64,000 nt of DNA, taken from positions 6,946,001 through 7,010,000 of the forward strand of contig NC_087245.1 of assembly GCF_037042905.1 (NCBI RefSeq). Reading direction: 5' to 3'. The DNA comes from Lytechinus pictus (taxonomy: Eukaryota). Below the pieces are notes generated by a model. It made no database searches. It saw nothing but the letters and a program-made list of their open reading frames with translations, and was not told the origin of the DNA. Numbering within the stretch: the stretch's first letter is position 1; each line of letters begins with the position of its first letter. Positions 25,233-62,090 of the stretch are shown one piece after another. The translations under genes were made by a program, and so were the position numbers.

Positions 25233-26453
25233 GGGCAAGTCTCTCCCGTCTTTTCACAATATTTTTCTCATTTTTTTGATGAATTCTTGTTTAAAAATAA
25301 AACCAAGAGCGTAGAAATGTTGGAAATTAAGTTTTATCCCATGTACATGATTTATGGCTAGATCTTTTAGAAGTAGAAAATCTCGGGTACGTTAGTAAAT
25401 GATTTTTACTCTCTAGAAGCCTCCTGGCTAGTCTATAATATATACCGGTACATGTACAATATGCTAACTTGACTTGTTTGATTTTTCCTTTTCTTTTTTC
25501 CTCTCTCTCTTTTCCCTTTTTTTTAATAAGTTTTTATTTAAGTTAACAAATCAAATCGACTTTTGTGTGGGGGTTGAATTGACTTTATTACCGTCCGTAT
25601 ATTCTTACCAATATAAGATGATATATCATTTGATATATCAACATCTCCATAATCTGGAGACAGGCCATTTGGTGCACCAGACATTATGTGGTTGATTCGA
25701 ATCTGCTCTGTCACAAAAGTTGGGGGAAGGGCGGTCAGCTGCAAGCAACACGGTCACGTCAGGTCACCGGTAATTCTCCCGAGTTGAAAGATCAGTTCAG
25801 CCAAGGAGATATCACTCTAACTTGGTTCAGCACACAGCTGGAGCTGGCACTGGCATACATCGATAGCATCAACAGTCACACGAACAGCCTCCACGAAGGG
25901 ATACGGTACGGTACGGGTGCGGCACAGCTGTGTCACTCGTTCTGGCAGTCAGCAGGGAGCGTGAGCGGCTGCCGACGATTCGTCAAAATATGCCTAGAAT
26001 TTACCGTATTTTGATAACGTTTGAGTTTTTCCAATGCCCTGTTATCGTATCACCACGAACAACATGAAAATGTACTGAAATGTCTTTATAGAGTTTTCAA
26101 TCAAGATTCTTCACGGGTTCTGCAGACGTGTTCCCGACCTTTGACTCCGGAAGCTGTCATTCGCGATATGAGAAATTAATTATCAGCGAAAGGGATAATC
26201 GATACCGTACGTCCCAGGCCCAGTCAAAACCAAAACAACTGCCACGCCCCCTCCTCTCTGTTCTTCATTCACCATCACCTTATCTGGCAATATTTTGTTT
26301 AACCGATACCTATCCAAATGCAAATTTCTAATAAGGTGCCTTTTTTCGTTATTTACTTAAGACTACTTTACATGAGTTGACTCTTGTTTGAATAATTATA
26401 TGCCTATTTTTTGGTTGCATATATGAATATAAAGCGAATAACCATCTTATCAA

Positions 26454-27066
26454 CCGGGGGGGGGGGGGGGGGGGGGGGGGGCCACTTAACAATGACGAGT
26501 GGATACCATGCGCGACCAAAAAACACGTAAAAAGGATGTCTTTTTCAAGATAGGGCATGTTGCGTACGTAACGTAATAAGGGTGTCAAAAACACTAAAAT
26601 AATGAAAAAAGGGTATCTATTTCGCTAGGAAAGCTACGTGTTTAGGGTCAGATTTGCGAGGGTATAAAAAATTAAGAATAAAATGTTTTATAAAGGATGT
26701 ACTTTTTGCCCCAACAGTCAACACTATGTGTTTAGAGTACGATTTGCGCGAGGTGGGGCCGTACTATTAGTACTACTATTAGTACTACTAAACCCAATGA
26801 TGTAGGTAAAGGTAAAACCGACAACCAACGTCCGTGACATAACGAGTACTTGTTTAGGGGTTCAATTCAGGGAATTCTTGCCAAGAGTATCGTTTTGTTT
26901 CTAATACTTGTTCAGGGTAGGGTTTCACACGCCAATACTTGTTAAGGGGTGCATTTTCAGAATATAGAAAATACGTGTTTAGGGTGCTTTTCGAGACCCC
27001 ATGGTCGCGCATGGTATCCACTCGTCAATGGAAGTGGCCCCCCCTCCCCCCCCCCCCCCCCCCGGG
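26454..27066. mobile_element. Poly-G-terminated MITE with 8-bp TSD, copy 2 (inverted relative to 8141-8740)
   Basis: Perfect TSD cttatcaa at 26446-26453 and 27067-27074; same TIR and body as copy 1. Confidence 0.88.
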
Positions 27067-27327
27067 CTTATCAATTGTTTAGAAATCAAGGGCTGCGGAA
27101 CGGTTTTGAAAGATTTGGGGGGGGGGCTGACCATGCAAAAAATAATCAGATGGTAATTTTTACGTTTTTGTACACGACCCCTGCAAATCCTATTCAAAGG
27201 CTCAATATAATGGATGGCTCAGAATGGGATATTTTTATTTTCCAAATGGAAATTATCACTTAATAACACAAATAAACTCTAAATTAATTAAGCAGTCCAA
27301 TTAGAATGAAAAATAATCACCCTATAC

Positions 27328-27862
27328 CGGGGGGGGGGGGGGGGGGGCACTCAGTATATAATGCATAGTGGGTATGTGCCATGGAGGGGACCCCCATTTT
27401 TACACTCAAATTTCCGCTCCAAGGCATAGCATTTTTGTCTTATTGAGAAACAGAACAAAGAAAGCTGCTCCAAAGCATAGCATTTTCTTCTTATAAGAAA
27501 AAAGAAGAAATCCGCTCCAAAGCTTCGCATATTTTCCGTTACGCCGTATTGATCTGCTACAATGAGCCGTAATTTTGGTGAAAAGCGGCCGCAGAGCGCT
27601 GTCCGACCATCGCCTCTGCGCTAGCGCACTTGGCACCCGGGCTAGCTGCATGCACGTATGCCCGTTCCATAGGGATGAATACGCACTCACACGCAGGCGA
27701 CGCGTTCCAAGGACCCCCGTTTTCACAAACATTTGTAATTCCGAAGCCCGTTCTGAGGACCCTCCTTTTTACAATAAGCCCGCTCCAAAAACCGGTTTTT
27801 TTTGTCTCACCCGCGGCACATACCTACTACTTTTTTGGTCGAGTACGTACCCCCCCTCCGGG
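27328..27862. mobile_element. Second family of poly-G-terminated MITE with 8-bp TSD
   Basis: TSD ccctatac at 27320-27327 and 27863-27870; termini cgg(g)n...gtgggtatgtgcc / ggcacatacctac...ccccctccggg; internal gctccaa repeats. Confidence 0.8.
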
Positions 27863-30734
27863 CCCTATACACGAAGTATAAAAATGAGCCATTCTCGGTA
27901 TAACAATATCTCGTAAAGTCATATGGCGTCGCAATTTTATACCCATTGTTGCGAATTTGTTCTCAAAATTTGAGCGAAACTTGAAATAAAAAAAAAGTCA
28001 TAAAATTTTGTGGCACTATCTTTGTGCATTCCGGAAAAATCGTGCAAAGCGTCGAGGAGGGGGGGGGGGCAAGATGTCCCTCCTGGATCCCCACTTTTGG
28101 AGCAATTCACCAAAATTTTAAGAAATGCTTTAAGCAACGAGACATACCTCAGCAATATATATCTATCTATCCTTAGCTCCTCATAGGAAAAATAGATACA
28201 TTCAGATTGCCTCAGATGACTGGAATATATTCAGAGCTATCAGCCTTTAGTAAATACAAAGGATGGCATGAGGGTACTGACTGAGAGAAGTGTAGTGTAA
28301 CTTGGTGGTAAATAATCAAGAGAGACAGAGGTGTGACAGACGGGGGAACATGAGAGGAGGGGAGAATATTGGTGTGAAGGGGCGGTTGTGGATAAAAAAG
28401 CTGGAGGCTACAAAATGTGGGTATGATTACTGAAATAAAAATATATATTTATATTTTGATATTTTAACATCTGTGCCTCTAAGCTTTACCATTAGGACGT
28501 ATTTGAAATGTCGCAGTATCCAGCGTTTGTTAATCTTGATTTACATTATGACGTATTTTGTGCTGCGTTGATCAATATGACGCGTATCTCTTTCTCAGCG
28601 TCCTCAGATGCGCGGATGTGAGACCAGGGAAAATACAAAGGTATATTTTGTATCGTCTCTGCATGCGAAGTCAATACACACACATAGAACGAGTAAAATA
28701 GAATATACCTATCCCTTTCTAATATTCAGAAAATCTAGGGCAATATGTTTTTTTAAATGACCAGCTTAGATGTCTGATACAGGTAATAATAAAATATAAA
28801 TTATTAGCACAATACATGTATTAGGTACAAAAAAGAGTGTAACAATGAAAAAAGAACAAAACAGCAAAAGCTATTTACAAAAACAAACAAAAATGTGTCA
28901 GATATTTATTGACCATTGCAACTACATTTTCCTGCATTTAACAGGAATGAAATTCAAATTCATTGTTTTAAAGCATTGTTAACCCTTCATAAATACAAGC
29001 ATAATGTAGTAATGCTTCATATTATTTTCTTACTGCTTGTTTACATATTTACCAATGATACACACATCAAATTGGATATTTAGGTCAAGAACGATTCAAG
29101 GTATTTTGATAAGGGGGAGGCGATATGACCTTTTTTAAATTGTGACATTATTTTATTCATTAGTGACTAATTGGTGCATGGACAGAATTACATGACCCAG
29201 ACATTTGTTTATAATCTACTTTCTTCTTCCTCTCAATTTTTTCTCTACCTGAAAAAACATACAGGGTGGTTGTTGCTCCCTTGCCCCCACCCATTGCACT
29301 GTACTTGATTTAAACAATAGTTTAAACAATCAGTCTTGGATCCAGTCATTATTTATAGCTATTATACAGCCCTTTTACAATTGAGGTATACTAAAGGTGT
29401 CCAAATTAGTCACTATACTTTTACTACCCTTTGAATTGATATTTTATTATATCAAAAGCATGAAATTAACTAGATGTGTATTCCTGGTTGGAGAATCTCA
29501 TAATTGCATCATTGTGATGAAGCTCTGCTTTTTATTTAGGCTCCTTTATAACATTCTGTAGTGTACCTTATCTTAAATGGTTTTTTTATGCTAAATAGTT
29601 AAATTAATATCGATACACTATGTTTATGAATATATTTGTTACATATATGTTATTTGTATTAAAAGTGGAACAAATGAAATTCAAATTCAATAATTCCTGT
29701 TACAATAATAAACTTGTCAGACATTCATATGTTAACCAAAAGATTTTTGTATGAAGTATTGGTAAATGAGTAGTAGATTTCACTGTGTTCAATTCAATTA
29801 CATGTTTTTTGTACAAGGCTAATATAATTGCAAACAGAACACGATAACTTTGGTGAAAACTTAATCAAGGGAGTGTTTCATGATGGTCCTGTAAGCAATT
29901 TTCACTGAAAATGTTGCTTTTGGCCAATGAGATGCACTGATGTCAGTAGCTTATAACAGCGAAATTAATTATAAATTCCTTCATGAAATGCTTCCATGGT
30001 GTGCACATGACAAGAAAGTGGAACATTCCAGTAGTTGCAGTAAACACTGATTTCATGAGAAAGTCTGTAAAACCAGGCTTAATTGTCAGTATATCATCGA
30101 GGATCTAGATCTGGTACAGTTACATAAACTGAACTTTGTGAAATCTTGAAATCTACGCTGAAAAATGTTCAGACTGAACTTCCCCAACACAGATAAGCGC
30201 ACGTGGGACAGTGTATAATTATTGCTTTGAGCGTCGGGCCCGACGCTCTACCCGAATCCTGTGCTTATTTGCTGATTTCTCAGCAATTACACAATTTCTT
30301 CCAGAATCCTTTGGCACATGCGTTTTATTTATACAAACAGACACTTTGGTGGTCATTTCATTGGATTCTGTACGAACTCATTTTGAGATCGTTACCAAAA
30401 CTAGCATTTACCTTTAACTGGAGAGAAGATTTTTCTCATCATTCATGCTAACACATTTTACAATGATTTCAATTAATTGCACTACTACATGTGTTTTCAC
30501 CCAAAGCATAATACAAGGAATGTTTAGTGTAAATGAATCCATCAATCCCTCCAGCAATGAGCATCTGTAGATTGACAATAATGTACAAATTCAATATTCC
30601 GGCGGAGAAAGAAATTATAACAATGAGAAAGCATGGAATATATACAGTAACTGAAACAATATCAAAACAGTACAGGGCCTTGAACTAATGTAAACAATTA
30701 AATTTAGAAGTAAATGTGATGTAGTCTTGAGATT

Positions 30735-31143
30735 GGTTTATTTCCAATTTGTCTAATGCCAATTCGTCCAATTGCCAACTCCTCTACTATCATTTAGTTT
30801 TCCATCGGTTCGTCCACTATCCACATGGTCTACATGTAATTGCCAATTCGTCCACTTAGCATTTTGTCTAATAACCAGTTGGTCTAATAGCCATTAAGTC
30901 CATATACCATTTGGTCTAATTGGACTAAGTGTTAATTGTGCAAAATGAATGAAAATTAAATGGATATTAGACCAACTGGTAATGAGACGAAATGGTCATA
31001 GACGAAATGGTGATTAGACGAACTGATGATTGGACCAAATGGCTGTTAAACAAAATGTTGATTGATGGAATGGCATTAGACTAAATGAAAGTAGACCATG
31101 TGGTGAGTAGACGAGCTGGAAGTAGACAAATTGGCAATTTACC
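30735..31143. mobile_element. Foldback MITE with internal gtcta/tagac subrepeats
   Basis: TIR ggtttatttccaatttgtcta / tagacaaattggcaatttacc; left half rich in (g)gtcta, right half in tagac. Confidence 0.6.
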
Positions 31144-31909
31144 TTCAGATTTGTAAGAAAATCAATCTGAGCACAGGATATTCTTATATCAACACTTTTG
31201 AAAAAGAAACAAACATTATTCATCAACCTTGTGTACTAATTGGGATGGGATAGGGATACGGGGGCCCAATGCATAAAGGACTTTATAGGATTATGGTAAA
31301 TATGCCATTGTGTTAACTACCATGGTACAAGGCTCCGCAGCCAATCAAAATAAAGGAAGTTATGATAATTGTAAGTCTTTATGAAACGGGCCCAACAACT
31401 TTTACAAACACATTACTTTTCATAAGACTCAGACGAAAGACTTTGTTTTTCACTTGTAAAAACAAACAAACATGTGTTTGATGGCTGGATGATTCTTTTT
31501 TATGATTTAGAAAGCAACCTACATGTACATCCAGAAAGGCACTATACACATCCAAGTATATCTAAAATATATGAAGGACTAAAAGAAATGGTCTCCGGTT
31601 GTTCATTCAGTACACACTCCAAGCATTGAGAAAACAAAACAGAAAAATTTGCTTACCCTGATCCACAGCCAATATGTCACAAAAATACTCTATCTTACAG
31701 TCAATACTAAACATCTAACATGAGTTTCCATTACACAGAAGTGTTCTTTACCATTTGCACATTAAGATTCACTTTATGTGGTAGGCACTGCCGGGAAAAT
31801 GGAATTTGTGACACTTTGATATCATATAGGTCAACAACACATATACACACACTTTGATTACATCTTGAGGCTTGGCCAATGTAAATGTGACAGTACATAT
31901 GAAACATCT

Positions 31910-55944
<24,035 letters not shown>

Positions 55945-56033
55945 CTCGAAGAATCTTCCGAAAATGGGAGGCCCAAATTAAAATTCGAGGGTTCCGTTCC
56001 AAGATCGTGAATCAGCAAACTGGGAAAAATTGT

Positions 56034-56048
56034 TCACCAGATGGCGCA
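56034..56048 (+). promoter_or_regulatory. CTCF/YY1-like motif in the PREP promoter region
   Basis: tcaccagatggcgca about 90 bp upstream of the PREP ATG, in a locally CpG-rich segment. Confidence 0.3.
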
Positions 56049-56414
56049 CTGTAAGTATTTTCAGAGTTATTGATAACTCTGAGTATTTTGTTTGTAAACC
56101 ATATTTAGACTCTAAAGACTATGAAATAGTGGTAGACGACATAATTATTCAAACAAAACAAAACAAAAAAAAATCTTTATAAATCTTTTTAAATCTTTGA
56201 TGGATTTTCTTCAAACCTTTACTATTTTTCTCTTCATATTTTTTCTGCAAGTTTGACAATAAAATTGTTGTCAGGGTGAAATTCTCTTCTAACATTTACC
56301 TTCCTTTCACTGAAGGAAAGATTTGGGAAATACCCCCCCCCCCCACAAAAAAAAAATCACGACCAAGAGAAGGGAGAAATACATTATTTTCTGACTATTA
56401 TGTAGAAGATATTT

Positions 56415-56830
56415 CGTAAACATGGCATAAAATACAATTGTTATGCCGATGACATACAACTCTTTTTGTCTTTTCAACCTTCCATGTCGTCACTGACATC
56501 GGCTATCACAAAACTTGAAACACGTCTACAAGATGATGCTCTATTGCTCCAGACACCCAACACAAATCACAAATGGGGGACCATGCATTCTCTGTTATAG
56601 GACCATGGCTATGGAATCAATTGCCTGTCCAATTACGCCAAATTTCATCAACAGAAACATTCAAGTCCCAACCGAAAACTTATTTGATCTGTTTTCAGGA
56701 GAATTAAAAATTCTATTCTTGCGTTTTCTATTATTGTTTGTGTGTTGTGTTTATTTTTCTTGAAGAGCAATTAGCACCGAAAGGTGGACCTGTGCGCTGT
56801 ATAAGTAGCCACTATTATTACTATTATTAG
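56415..56830 (+). mobile_element. Internally deleted L2-like LINE remnant
   Basis: CYADDIQLFLSF RT motif, then a 3' end ...gcgctgtataagtagccac(tat)n. Confidence 0.55.
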
Positions 56831-59800
56831 TAGAAATCTATCACAAAATTTAACAAAGGCCGATACGCCATATTTAGCCCCCTCAAAAATGTTGGCTCAT
56901 TGCGGTAAGGACTGTCCTTTCAGGCAGCGTTCAGGGGGAGGTTCCCCTGAACGCGCCTATAAGGACAACCCTTACTTGCATTCTCCAACCAAGGAGGAAC
57001 GACCTCTACATACCCCACCCTCCATCTCATAATCTGCATCACTCTTTGATCTGCCTTTGTGTGTGTGTGTGTTTTTACTATCTTATAACTCATATAATTT
57101 ATTAGGACTATTGTGATTTTTTATTGAGCCTTTCCTCAAGTTAATCGATCCTTCTTATATGCATTATTGGTAACTACAGTTGTGTATTAAAAAAGCCAAC
57201 GCGGACACCATTTAGATATATTAGTAATAGGGAGTTGAAGCATTCCCCACTCTCTTTCTATAATAGTTTTGATCTTAAAAAGATATATGATCATATGTTT
57301 CTTTTTCTTTACTGCAAAATGAACATAAATAATCTGTTGTCAGTTTGATAAAAAAATTGTGTATAGTATATTATGTAATATATTGAACTTAAATTCTCTA
57401 AGTCTGCAGCTGTTCAGAATGGATTTTCCCGGTCTTTATAAAAAAAAGTTAGAAATGTCTTTATTTGTTATAATATACTTTTGATTTAATGTTCTCTTCT
57501 GCATACATTCATATAATTCCTATTAAACATTTTTTTTTCATTACTTAATAAACAAAATCATTTAGTGTTTTGGGCATTAATCATAAAATAAATGTACTAA
57601 AAATATAATTTAACACAAAAAATATTCCACTACCAACATATTCCAACATTCACAATTAGCAGAAGGATTGTAATCACAAGCAGATTGCTTGAAAAAAAAA
57701 ACGACAACCTCATGTTCATTAAATTGATTAAATACATTAGATTGGGTACATTATTTTTATACTAAAAACATCAGTTCATAATGAAGATAGAGATGATAAG
57801 GATGAGGATGATGGTGACAATTAATGGTAAAGATGAAAGCTACGGAGATAATGGTCATGGTGGAGAGATTGGTGATGATTAAGTATAAAAAAACTGAAAT
57901 ACTGATAAAAAATACTTCAAATATTCCGATAATAACATGGATCTAACATTTGCCTTAAATAAATAGAGAGACCGGACGATAGTATTTTGATAGACTCTGG
58001 TAGAGAGTTCCATAAATTTTCCTCAATCAAACTTTTTAAATGACTGGGGTATTTCCATTTTCATGCTTAAGAGAGAACCATTATTCTTTTTAATGTAATG
58101 TCTTGCAAGGCACAAAAATCTACCCTTAAATTGAAAATCTAAATTGAAATGACAAACTTTAGCACCTTAAAATTGATCATCTCCTTTTTTTTAGCGAGCC
58201 CTTCCAAAAGTATGGAATATTGGTTTAAAAAATTGAGTATCTTTTTCTATTTGCAAACAATCTGATTGTTTGAAAGATCAAACTAGATTTTATCTTTCCA
58301 TTTATATCTACGATATTATATTATGGACATGATGGAGTTTACAAACATTTTTCAAAAACAACTTTTCATCAAAATATCTTGTCCATCCGACGAATGAACC
58401 TATTATTAAAAATAATATCATTGCTTTTATTCTTCTCTTCTTCCAAGAAAAGGTGTTTCAATTCAACCATGCATCTTACATTTCTGTATATCAAGCATTG
58501 CAAGACATTTTAAATTCATTATGAGGTTATTATGAGCAACCATCCTATATCCCGTGCTAGATATTAAATACCGTTTCCATTTTATATTCGGTTTTCATAA
58601 TATAAGTCTTTTATTCCACGTAATTCTTTGTGCCTTACTGACTAACTGAAAATCTCCCTTAATTAGACCAGCATTATCATAATCTGAATAAACAATATTT
58701 CTCTGGATTTTATCTTTCCCCATCATATAAATTCAAAGATTAATGTGGTCAGATTCTACGTACCCATGTCGGGACAAGCGTGAAACCGGGGCGTGAGAGA
58801 AGAATCAATATTGGTCGTACAGAGGTTTTAAATAAGCTGAATTTTACCATTAAAGTCAAATTCCTTTGCTTCCACCACATCAAACTTTCTTTATTCTACT
58901 AAGTATTTCATTCTAATTGATTCTTACTAGACTTCCCCTATCTATAATGAAAGATATTTGTCCACAATCTTGGCAACGATTCTGCTCCACTTTACCAAAA
59001 GGTAAAACTGGACAGGCTGGACTCTATTTGTTTATGGCGTCCCAGTAACACAATATAGGTTGTGTCTTCATTCATTTTCAAACCTGACGTTTCGTTAAAA
59101 CACTATAGAAACTCCCTGATCGACTGTTTTTTTAACAACAAATGTCATGTCATTGATGTTTCTTTGACTTCTGTATATATCTCCAAACTTAATTGATTGA
59201 ATTTCTGGTTGAAGTAAAGAAAAGAGATCTAGGGGAGGCGGATCTCCTGCCTTACCTTGTTGAAATATTGCCATCAAAACAGCTTTATTATTGTACCCTT
59301 TTCAGTCAATGATATACACAAATATACTAGAATTTACGGTATCGTTTGCTTGACTGAAGTCCCTATTAAACAAAATAACATTAGCATACCAATGACAAGT
59401 GCTTTATGTCAACGGAACATGCTTCTCTTGTATAGGCTGTTACATTTCTTATTGATTTTTTTTTCTTTGTATGAAAAAAGTATCCAGTTCCTTTCTTTCC
59501 ATTGTATTGTCCAATGATAGTAGCCTACTGATGTACCGATTCACGGCTTTTGATATCGTACGAAGTGTGCTTGAATATATTTATAAAGTATTTTCCAAAT
59601 TGATACAAAGCTGGAGACCAGGTATATCATTCCATTTTTCTGATACTCGTTGAGGTGCTAGAATTATTGAATTGTTCACGATCACCGGAATTGTGTGGTC
59701 AGTGTCGAACTTGTTGCATTTTATCTTTTCATGTCTGAACATTGATAAATGGATAATAAAAATCAATGCCTCTGATTCGTATCAAGAGGGTTTTTCTTCA

Positions 59801-60103
59801 AGACATTTTGTTTATAGTCTTATGGATCAATTAAATGACAATGCAGTATCTTTATTTTAAAATATAGCGTCGAGTTCCGATTAACATTTTTAATTGTGTA
59901 ACTTTTGTTGTCATTCATTCTGGATTTACATCCGACAATATGAATTAATTGGCATAATATTTAGATGTTATGTTTCAAGTTGTAATCACCGATCGATACT
60001 CATTAAGAACTGTCTGTGCCATAGGGCCTCACCGATCATGCCGATCCCATTATCATTAATAAGACCTTGACCAGCCTATCTTGCCTATAGTGACTAGCGA
60101 TCA

Positions 60104-60958
60104 ATGGATTCGTGTACTCCTAAGAACTCACTAACCACAAAGTCTCCAGATGGCACTTTGGAAACGATATCAAGTTTGTCCCCGACACTTCATCACCTAG
60201 TCAATTCGACGAGTGACCGTGTTGTCAATAATCTGATATTAAAGCGTTTTGATACAGAAACGCTTTTGTATAAAAGTGACAGGTGTCGTAGGTCATCACC
60301 AACTTCCTCGGTACTCGATCACCTTCAAGATTATGGAAATCATTTCCCAAACGCTCTTAAAAGATTACCGCCTGTGAAATTCGGCACGTCGGGGAGGTCA
60401 TCGACAACGTTTCGAAGACTTGGACACCTGCCAATGCCATCCGATGACCACGTTGATGATCAGCGGACAGGGGGTTGGAAGATACCTGACTCGAAGACGA
60501 GGTCATTGACAACGTTTCCGACAGATGAGCTTCAAGAAATAAGACACAGAACGGATCATGACGACCATTTTCAGAATAGTTTTGATCTTGAAAGAGAGCT
60601 GTTCAGAAAGGCTTTATATAGCACCCGCGATGGTCTTATTGAAAATAGTTGGCTAGATAAGAATTTATTTAACGATCGACCTATGTTGGTAGGTGACATG
60701 GGTCGTGAAAGAAGATTGTTTTCTCCGTCGATGTTTGGTAGAACATCGACAACAATTAATGCAGACTATACTGGGCAGAACTCACAAGCCGGCTCGTTTG
60801 CACCATTTGGTCGTCGAAGTCCGGCTTTCGACGTCAGTGATCATCATGCTAGACCGAGGACATCATCATATCTCTCAAGGAATGTCCGAGTAAATGGGAG
60901 TGCCATGGTGATGACTACCAGACCGATTCCTCCAAATAAGAAGATAAGAAATGACAAA
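60104..60958 (+). CDS. Probable first coding exon of an uncharacterised Ser/Arg/Asp-rich protein
   Basis: 330-codon ORF from an ATG, with GC-richer coding-like composition up to about 60958, then an AT-rich intron-like tail; no domain recognised. Confidence 0.6.
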
Positions 60959-61198
60959 GTTAAGTTTTATTATAGTAGTTTTCCCCCTTTTGTGTGCAAA
61001 TACTTTTTTAAAGAGTCATTTAGCAATCATAGACCTTTTAATCATGTTAATTTGATAATCAAACACATATATATATATTATAGAATATACGGATAATTAC
61101 ATAAAGTTTTATTAAAATTGTGGGCAGTAGGCCCTGAATCTTGGAATAAGAGAGGCGATGAAAATAATCATGATCCTGTATTATGTTTATTTTTCCAG

Positions 61199-61321
61199 GT
61201 TTCCATTTGAAGCACACTTCATCAGAACCTCGTCGTCGATCTCGTACTGCACCTGCTGTTATCACAAGGAACATGGAAAGACCATGCCATCAGAATATGT
61301 CAATGAGTTCGTCTTCAAAAG
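61199..61321 (+). CDS. Probable second exon (123 nt) of the uncharacterised gene
   Basis: Strong acceptor tttatttttccag and donor AAAG|gtagta; open in two frames; phase link to exon 1 unresolved. Confidence 0.45.
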
Positions 61322-61659
61322 GTAGTATTAATATGTTTATTGTTGTTTCGGAGGAGGGGGATGCTGCTTTTTTTTTTTAATGTTGATTTGAGTTTATTAA
61401 AAATTCTGGGTACGATTTGCAAGAGGGGTTATGATTTTTAATCATATGAATTTAAATACATGCTTTTAGATTTTTTAGATTAGATTAAATTTATTTATTT
61501 CCGTTCAACAAAATAAACAAATATAATCGAAGTAATATCACATATTCAAAACAATATAGACAGTTCAATGACATTTTATAACTAATATAGAAGATAAATT
61601 AAGTGAACTTGCCAAGAAAGTGACTTGCCAAGAAAAACAATGCTTGTATATTAAAGGCA

Positions 61660-62090
61660 TCTTCTTCCTGTAAAGTACAGACTGCCGTTGGCATATTATC
61701 GTACTTGTGCTTGTCAAGTGCCCAGATGAATAGTGCGAGTAAAAATCTCTACAAAACTATGTGCGGCTAAAAACAGAAGAGGCCTTAACGAAGCCTCCTT
61801 TGCTGCACCTCCTGCTTGAAAGATGCGAGGGAGGTGCTGTGAACTATCTTTGCTGGGAGTGAGTTCCATATTCTGATAGCATCAGGAAAGAATGTCTTTT
61901 GATATATTTGTGTTCTGGCATATGGAATTTGGAACTTATCAGGATTTCCACGTGTACATGGTCCAGTTGATGGAATGAAGTGGTCATCCGGGATGTCAAT
62001 AAGCTTGTTGATGATGCAGTAGACCATGCTAGCTCGCTGTTGTGCCCTTCTTTCCTGAAGAGTAGCCCACTGGAGTTGCTTTAGCATATA
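61660..62090 (-). mobile_element. 3' end of a CR1-group LINE
   Basis: C-terminal ORF2 signature LQWATLQERR...TRG...FFPDAIRIWNSLP, short 3' UTR ending in gaagaaga. Confidence 0.8.

Noticed and set aside
25688..26014. 108-aa plus-strand ORF in a GC-rich segment
   Set aside because: Non-ATG start, no recognisable domain and no splice partners; more likely regulatory or promoter-proximal sequence.
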